From: Candidatus Hodarchaeum mangrovi | GTDB taxonomy: Archaea > Asgardarchaeota > Heimdallarchaeia > Hodarchaeales > Hodarchaeaceae | Assembly (NCBI GenBank): GCA_016839515.1 | Contig: JAEOUE010000050.1 | Location: 1-11,614 of the forward strand | Length of the DNA stretch: 11,614 nucleotides | Direction: 5' to 3' | Shown here: in pieces, positions 8,230-11,614 of the stretch | Layout: every line of letters begins with the position of its first letter | How positions within the stretch are numbered: the stretch's first letter is position 1 | Position numbers and translations under genes: made by a program | The notes under the pieces: generated by a model | Seen by the model: only the letters and a program-made list of their open reading frames with translations | What the model was told of the DNA's origin: nothing | Databases searched by the model: none

Positions 8230-8248
8230 TTGTAAAAAGTGAATGAAA

Positions 8249-8410
8249 ATGTCAATAAAGAAAGAATGTTCTTGTGGAAAACATGAAAAAAGTCATCATA
8301 AAGAAATGAACCGTTCAGAAAGGATTAAGCACCTTAATGAATGTCTTAAGGATGTCATAGAAAGACTTGAATGTATTAAAGAGATAGCAGCAGAGCTATC
8401 ATCAGATTAG
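8249..8410 (+). CDS. Small CxC/His-rich coiled-coil protein (53 aa), not in the ORF track
   Basis: MSIKKECSCGKHEKSHHKEMNRSERIKHLNECLKDVIERLECIKEIAAELSSD*. AGTGA lies 6 nt before the ATG, the same geometry as the ABC ATPase gene. It fills the gap exactly, ending 3 nt from the convergent DUF134 stop, and has a clean heptad pattern. Confidence 0.75.
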   Translation: MSIKKECSCGKHEKSHHKEMNRSERIKHLNECLKDVIERLECIKEIAAELSSD

Positions 8411-8413
8411 AAA

Positions 8414-8749
8414 TCAAGAGGCTTCGAGATTCGATATGGACAGATGAATGAGTGTTTTGCCTGAAGTCAGAGCAAATATAACCTTCCGTCGAGCCTCTTG
8501 TAAAATTCTCCAAAAAGTACCACGAGAAATGTGCATTTTTTCAGCTGCTTGTTCTTGGGTAAAATTTTCCCTATCCACAAGTAAAAGTGCTTCTAACTCG
8601 ACCTTTGTAAGAACCAAATCGACTTTTCCTTCTGAAGATTCCCAATTTCGTCCAACATAAGGTTCTATCCTTGGTCTTCCTCCTCTAAATCGTCTTCCTC
8701 TACCACCACCACGCCCCCTACCAGAATTAGGGTCTGTAATTCTAAACAC
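8414..8749 (-). CDS. DUF134 (UPF0251) family putative DNA-binding protein
   Basis: GRPR...LVLTKVELEALLLVDRENFTQEQAAEKMHISRGTFWRILQEARRKVIFALTSGK matches the DUF134 sigma70-region-4-like HTH pattern. The start is likely GTG 8749 or ATT 8740 rather than TTG 8800, which lies inside an operator-like box. Confidence 0.9.
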   Translation of the reverse strand: MFRITDPNSGRGRGGGRGRRFRGGRPRIEPYVGRNWESSEGKVDLVLTKVELEALLLVDRENFTQEQAAEKMHISRGTFWRILQEARRKVIFALTSGKTLIHLSISNLEAS

Positions 8750-8785
8750 ACTCCAATTAGACTCTTGAGAGTTTTTTTGTTTGTT

Positions 8786-8803
8786 TTCGAGCGAATGCAA
8801 AAA
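8786..8803. promoter_or_regulatory. Operator-like palindrome, copy 3 (upstream of DUF134)
   Basis: TTCGAGC-GAAT-GCAAAAA matches TTTGWGC-N4-GCWCAAA at 12 of 14 arm positions and is adjacent to a minus-strand AATATAAG TATA-like element. Confidence 0.5.
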
Positions 8804-8933
8804 AACTTATATTGCGTATCTGTGATATCTTGTACTTAATTAATTTTTCGTATATCTTAATATCAAAAATGTCTTTATATAACTAAAAGAAATATTAGAA
8901 AAAGAATGATTGAAAATTCGAAAATATATTACT

Positions 8934-8982
8934 TTTGTGCAATAGCACAAATTTTATATAGCTTTTTGTGCAATAGCTCATT
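8934..8982. promoter_or_regulatory. Two operator-like palindromes flanking a TATA box upstream of DUF5320
   Basis: TTTGTGC-AATA-GCACAAA (8934-8951, perfect arms), TTTATATA (8953-8960) and TTTGTGC-AATA-GCTCATT (8965-8982). The 14-bp direct repeat TTTTGTGCAATAGC recurs with a 31-bp period. Confidence 0.75.
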
Positions 8983-8983
8983 G

Positions 8984-9331
8984 GTGATAAAAATTCCAAG
9001 AGGAAATAGAACTGGTCCATGGGGACAAGGCCCAAGGACTGGACGAGCTTTAGGGTACTGTGCTGGTTATCCCACACCTGGTTATACAAAAGGACCCAGA
9101 ATGGGGTGGGGAAGTGGTATTAGAGGAGGACGGGGACGAGGTTGGTGGAATTATCCAGGATTTTTTAATCAACCAATAGAACTACCATCAATAGCTTTAC
9201 CACCTTGGACACCCCAGTATAGTCCAGAAGATGAATCAAAATATTTAGAAGAATCACTAAATGTTTTGAAAAAGGAAATAGAAATGATTGAGAAAAGATT
9301 AGAAGAATTATCTGGAAAAAAAAAGGAATAA
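8984..9331 (+). CDS. DUF5320 family protein (Gly/Arg-rich N-terminus, C-terminal coiled coil)
   Basis: PRGNRTGPWGQGPRTGRALGYCAGYPTPGY...GRGRG...PEDESKYLEESLNVLKKEIEMIEKRLEEL is the recognisable DUF5320 layout. The ORF-track extension from 8906 runs through the promoter and is unlikely. Start is GTG 8984 or ATT 8993. Confidence 0.88.
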   Translation: MIKIPRGNRTGPWGQGPRTGRALGYCAGYPTPGYTKGPRMGWGSGIRGGRGRGWWNYPGFFNQPIELPSIALPPWTPQYSPEDESKYLEESLNVLKKEIEMIEKRLEELSGKKKE

Positions 9332-9363
9332 TCTCTTTTCTATCTAATCTTTTCTTTTTTTTC
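9332..9363 (+). terminator. Archaeal-type oligo-T terminator region
   Basis: Pyrimidine/T-run tract (tctcttttctatctaatcttttcttttttttc) immediately after the DUF5320 stop, with no hairpin. Confidence 0.45.
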
Positions 9364-9446
9364 AAAAATATTTAATTAGAACGAACCATTTCACCAAAAA
9401 AATTGCTATTATAGAAATTATTGACATTGCTCTGAGTAGATGACCA

Positions 9447-10244
9447 ATGCAAACCAAATTACAAAAGGATATTGATGAAATGAAGGAAAACATTAAGCAA
9501 ATTAAACATAAGATTGTTATTCTTTCAGGTAAAGGTGGTGTAGGCAAATCAACGGTAGCTGCGAACCTAGCTTTGGCATTTGCTAAAAAATTTCCTAATA
9601 AAGTAGGAATAGCAGATCTTGATTTTTCAGGCCCAAATATCCCTAAAATATTAGGAGTAGAGAACGAAAGAATCTCATCAAAAAAAGGAGACAAGTATGA
9701 ACCTGTAGAAGGACCTTTAGGACTAAAAATTATCTCAATGGCATTTTTTCTTGACTCCAAAACCACTCCTGTTATTTGGCGTGGTCCTTTAAAAATTAAA
9801 GCACTCCAACAATTCCTGACTGATTTTGCTTGGGGAGATCTAGAGTTCTTAATTTTTGATATGCCTCCAGGTACAGGAGATGAGGCAATATCAATCATGC
9901 AATTGATCCCTGAGATGGAAGGTGTTGTTATAGTTACTACCCCTCAAGAAGTGTCTTTACTAGACACAGGAAAATCTTTGGTTATGTCTCGTAAAATGGA
10001 TCGTCCAATCTTAGGGATTATTGAGAATATGTCGACCTTCAAATGTCCCACGTGTGAGACAGAATCACCTATCTTTGGAACAGGTGGAGGTGCCCAAATG
10101 GCTAAAGAATTTAGTACTGAACTTATTGGGCAGATTCCAATTGACCCAATGATTAGAATTCAAGAAGATAAAGGGATTTCGGAAGCTTTTGAATATTTCA
10201 ATCCTATAGTTAAAGTTTTACTTGCAAAATTTAATAAAAAATAA
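9447..10244 (+). CDS. mrp: Mrp/NBP35 (ApbC) family P-loop ATPase, iron-sulfur cluster carrier
   Basis: Deviant Walker A SGKGGVGKST, DLDFSGPNIP, PVIWRGP, WGDLEFLIFDMPPGTGD, VTTPQEVS and ENMSTFKCPTC (cluster-binding CxxC). Confidence 0.96.
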   Translation: MQTKLQKDIDEMKENIKQIKHKIVILSGKGGVGKSTVAANLALAFAKKFPNKVGIADLDFSGPNIPKILGVENERISSKKGDKYEPVEGPLGLKIISMAFFLDSKTTPVIWRGPLKIKALQQFLTDFAWGDLEFLIFDMPPGTGDEAISIMQLIPEMEGVVIVTTPQEVSLLDTGKSLVMSRKMDRPILGIIENMSTFKCPTCETESPIFGTGGGAQMAKEFSTELIGQIPIDPMIRIQEDKGISEAFEYFNPIVKVLLAKFNKK

Positions 10245-10402
10245 ATTTAATAGGGTCAATGCCAAGTGGAAAATTCTTTATATTCATACTAATATGATGA
10301 AGTACCTTATTTTCGACTTTATTTTGTTCTAGGCAGTTTACTATCGAAAAACATTACTTAGATTGTTACAAGAACTCTTATCATGAATCATCATTAATTA
10401 TT

Positions 10403-11614
10403 TCAAATTGTCTTAATATTAAAAAGGTGACTTTGATAAGGTTGCAGGTCAATAAAAAGTCCATTTTGTTTTAATTCTTCTATTTTTCTGTTGTAAATTT
10501 TTTCATTCAAAATATCGTTAAGTTCTAAATATTCATTAACCTTAAATTCTTTCTCTAAGTGAAGGAAGACATTTCCTTGGGTTTGAATTGCTGTATAATT
10601 CACTATTACTATAGCTAATTTCTTAGAATGAGGGATAAACCACTCCCATGCCAAGATATTCCCTGTTGAAGTCTCTAATAATAACCATTGACCATTTTGA
10701 ATGGTATATTGATTTGTAAATTTTAATATTCGTTCATAATCATTTTGAATGTTTTTATCTAAGCTTTCTTTTTGTTTTCGTTTTAATTGAATAGGTAATT
10801 TGATTTTTTCGCCCTCTAACTGTCCTTGATGATATAAACTCAATCCTGGAATTGTTCCCATGATGATGGCAGCCGCAATTGATCGTCCATATCCAAAAAC
10901 ATTAATGGCTCGTTGTTCATCATGGTTCTCAATGAACCTCATACTCTTTCTCTGGTAATTTATGTCTGCAGTAAGATGACCTCGTATTAAAGCGATATCT
11001 TCTTGCATTAATCGGTCGTAGAGTCTTTTATCATAAGTGTAGTCAAATCCAAGAGATTGTAATTTCCATCCTAGATCCCAATATACTTCTGCTAGAAAAA
11101 TAAAGTCTGGATGGTTAGATTTCACTTTTTTTATCGCATCTACCCAGAATTCTGATTTAAGGCTTTCTAGTGCTTTTTCTTGAAAATAAAACCCCCATGT
11201 TTTGTTTATGATGTCATTTAAACAAAGCATCGCCATATCACAGCGAATACCATCACAAACTCTAGCTATCTGATTTTGGAGTATTTCTATCATATATTTA
11301 CGCGTTTTTTCATTAAAATAATTCATCTGAAACGTATCAGTCCATGGAGAAAAGTATGGATCCTTTCCATAAGCAATCCACTGAATTCCTTTCTTTGTAA
11401 CTACTTCCTTAAATAAAGCCTTTTCTTCTGGAACATTTCCTAATGAGATAAAGTATTCAGGATTCGTAATAACAAGTTCAGAAGCATTTCCAAAATGGTT
11501 TGGGACAAAATCCAGCATTAATTTTGTACCCAAATCGTTTAATTTTCGTTTAAGAAGGATTAAATCCTCATGAAATCCTAATTGCGGATTTATTTCATAT
11601 TTAATAATAGAATA
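10403..11614 (-). CDS. Alpha-amylase family glycoside hydrolase (GH13), 5'-truncated by the window edge
   Basis: Region I MLDFVPNH, nucleophile DGIRCDMA, acid/base FLAEVYW, region IV RFIENHDE. The frame is open to position 11614 (YSIIKYEINPQLGFHEDL...), so 11533 is not the true start. Confidence 0.93.
   Translation of the reverse strand, partial: YSIIKYEINPQLGFHEDLILLKRKLNDLGTKLMLDFVPNHFGNASELVITNPEYFISLGNVPEEKALFKEVVTKKGIQWIAYGKDPYFSPWTDTFQMNYFNEKTRKYMIEILQNQIARVCDGIRCDMAMLCLNDIINKTWGFYFQEKALESLKSEFWVDAIKKVKSNHPDFIFLAEVYWDLGWKLQSLGFDYTYDKRLYDRLMQEDIALIRGHLTADINYQRKSMRFIENHDEQRAINVFGYGRSIAAAIIMGTIPGLSLYHQGQLEGEKIKLPIQLKRKQKESLDKNIQNDYERILKFTNQYTIQNGQWLLLETSTGNILAWEWFIPHSKKLAIVIVNYTAIQTQGNVFLHLEKEFKVNEYLELNDILNEKIYNRKIEELKQNGLFIDLQPYQSHLFNIKTI

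Noticed and set aside
8231-8245. In-frame TGT-AAA-AAG-TGA (CxxU-like) immediately before the micro-protein, suggesting selenocysteine
   Set aside because: There is no ATG/GTG/TTG between the upstream TAA (8192-8194) and this TGA. The TGA is better explained as part of the AGTGA ribosome-binding site, and no SECIS-like hairpin was identified.
8933-8977. 14-bp direct repeat as a possible mini-CRISPR
   Set aside because: Only two copies, the repeat and 17-nt gap are too short, there are no cas genes, and the palindrome-plus-TATA context indicates operators.
9420-9435. TTGACATTGCTCT upstream of mrp as a fourth operator copy
   Set aside because: Only a partial right half-site (GCTC) fits; the left arm and spacing do not match the consensus.
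7805-9898. ORFs 7805-8119 (+), 8448-8660 (+), 8895-9089 (-), 9165-9365 (-) and 9362-9898 (-)
   Set aside because: Each is antisense to a confidently assigned gene (HxlR, DUF134, DUF5320, Mrp) and lacks independent coding signals.

Overview
AT-rich prokaryotic window, probably archaeal (TATA-like boxes, GGTGA/AGTGA-type ribosome-binding sites, oligo-T terminators, a PGF-CTERM-like tail; an Asgard/Heimdallarchaeia-like source is an inference only). In order it contains: an SDR oxidoreductase lacking the canonical catalytic Ser/Tyr; a MacB/FtsX-type ABC permease plus ATPase, divergent from a PadR-like wHTH fused to a degenerate methyltransferase-like domain; an SRPBCC protein; a 262-aa orphan bracketed by two diverged copies of the SRPBCC 5' end; about 1 kb of gene debris (a frameshifted S9 peptidase 3' end and a sorting-signal tail); a compact candidate metal/redox/Fe-S module; and a GH13 alpha-amylase-family gene running off the right edge. 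The module consists of an HxlR regulator, an unlisted 53-aa CxC/His coiled-coil protein, a DUF134 regulator, a DUF5320 protein and an Mrp/NBP35 ATPase, with three copies of a TTTGWGC-N4-GCWCAAA-like palindrome at the DUF134/DUF5320 promoters. No rRNA, tRNA, CRISPR array or transposase was seen. All family assignments come from motif recognition, not database searches.
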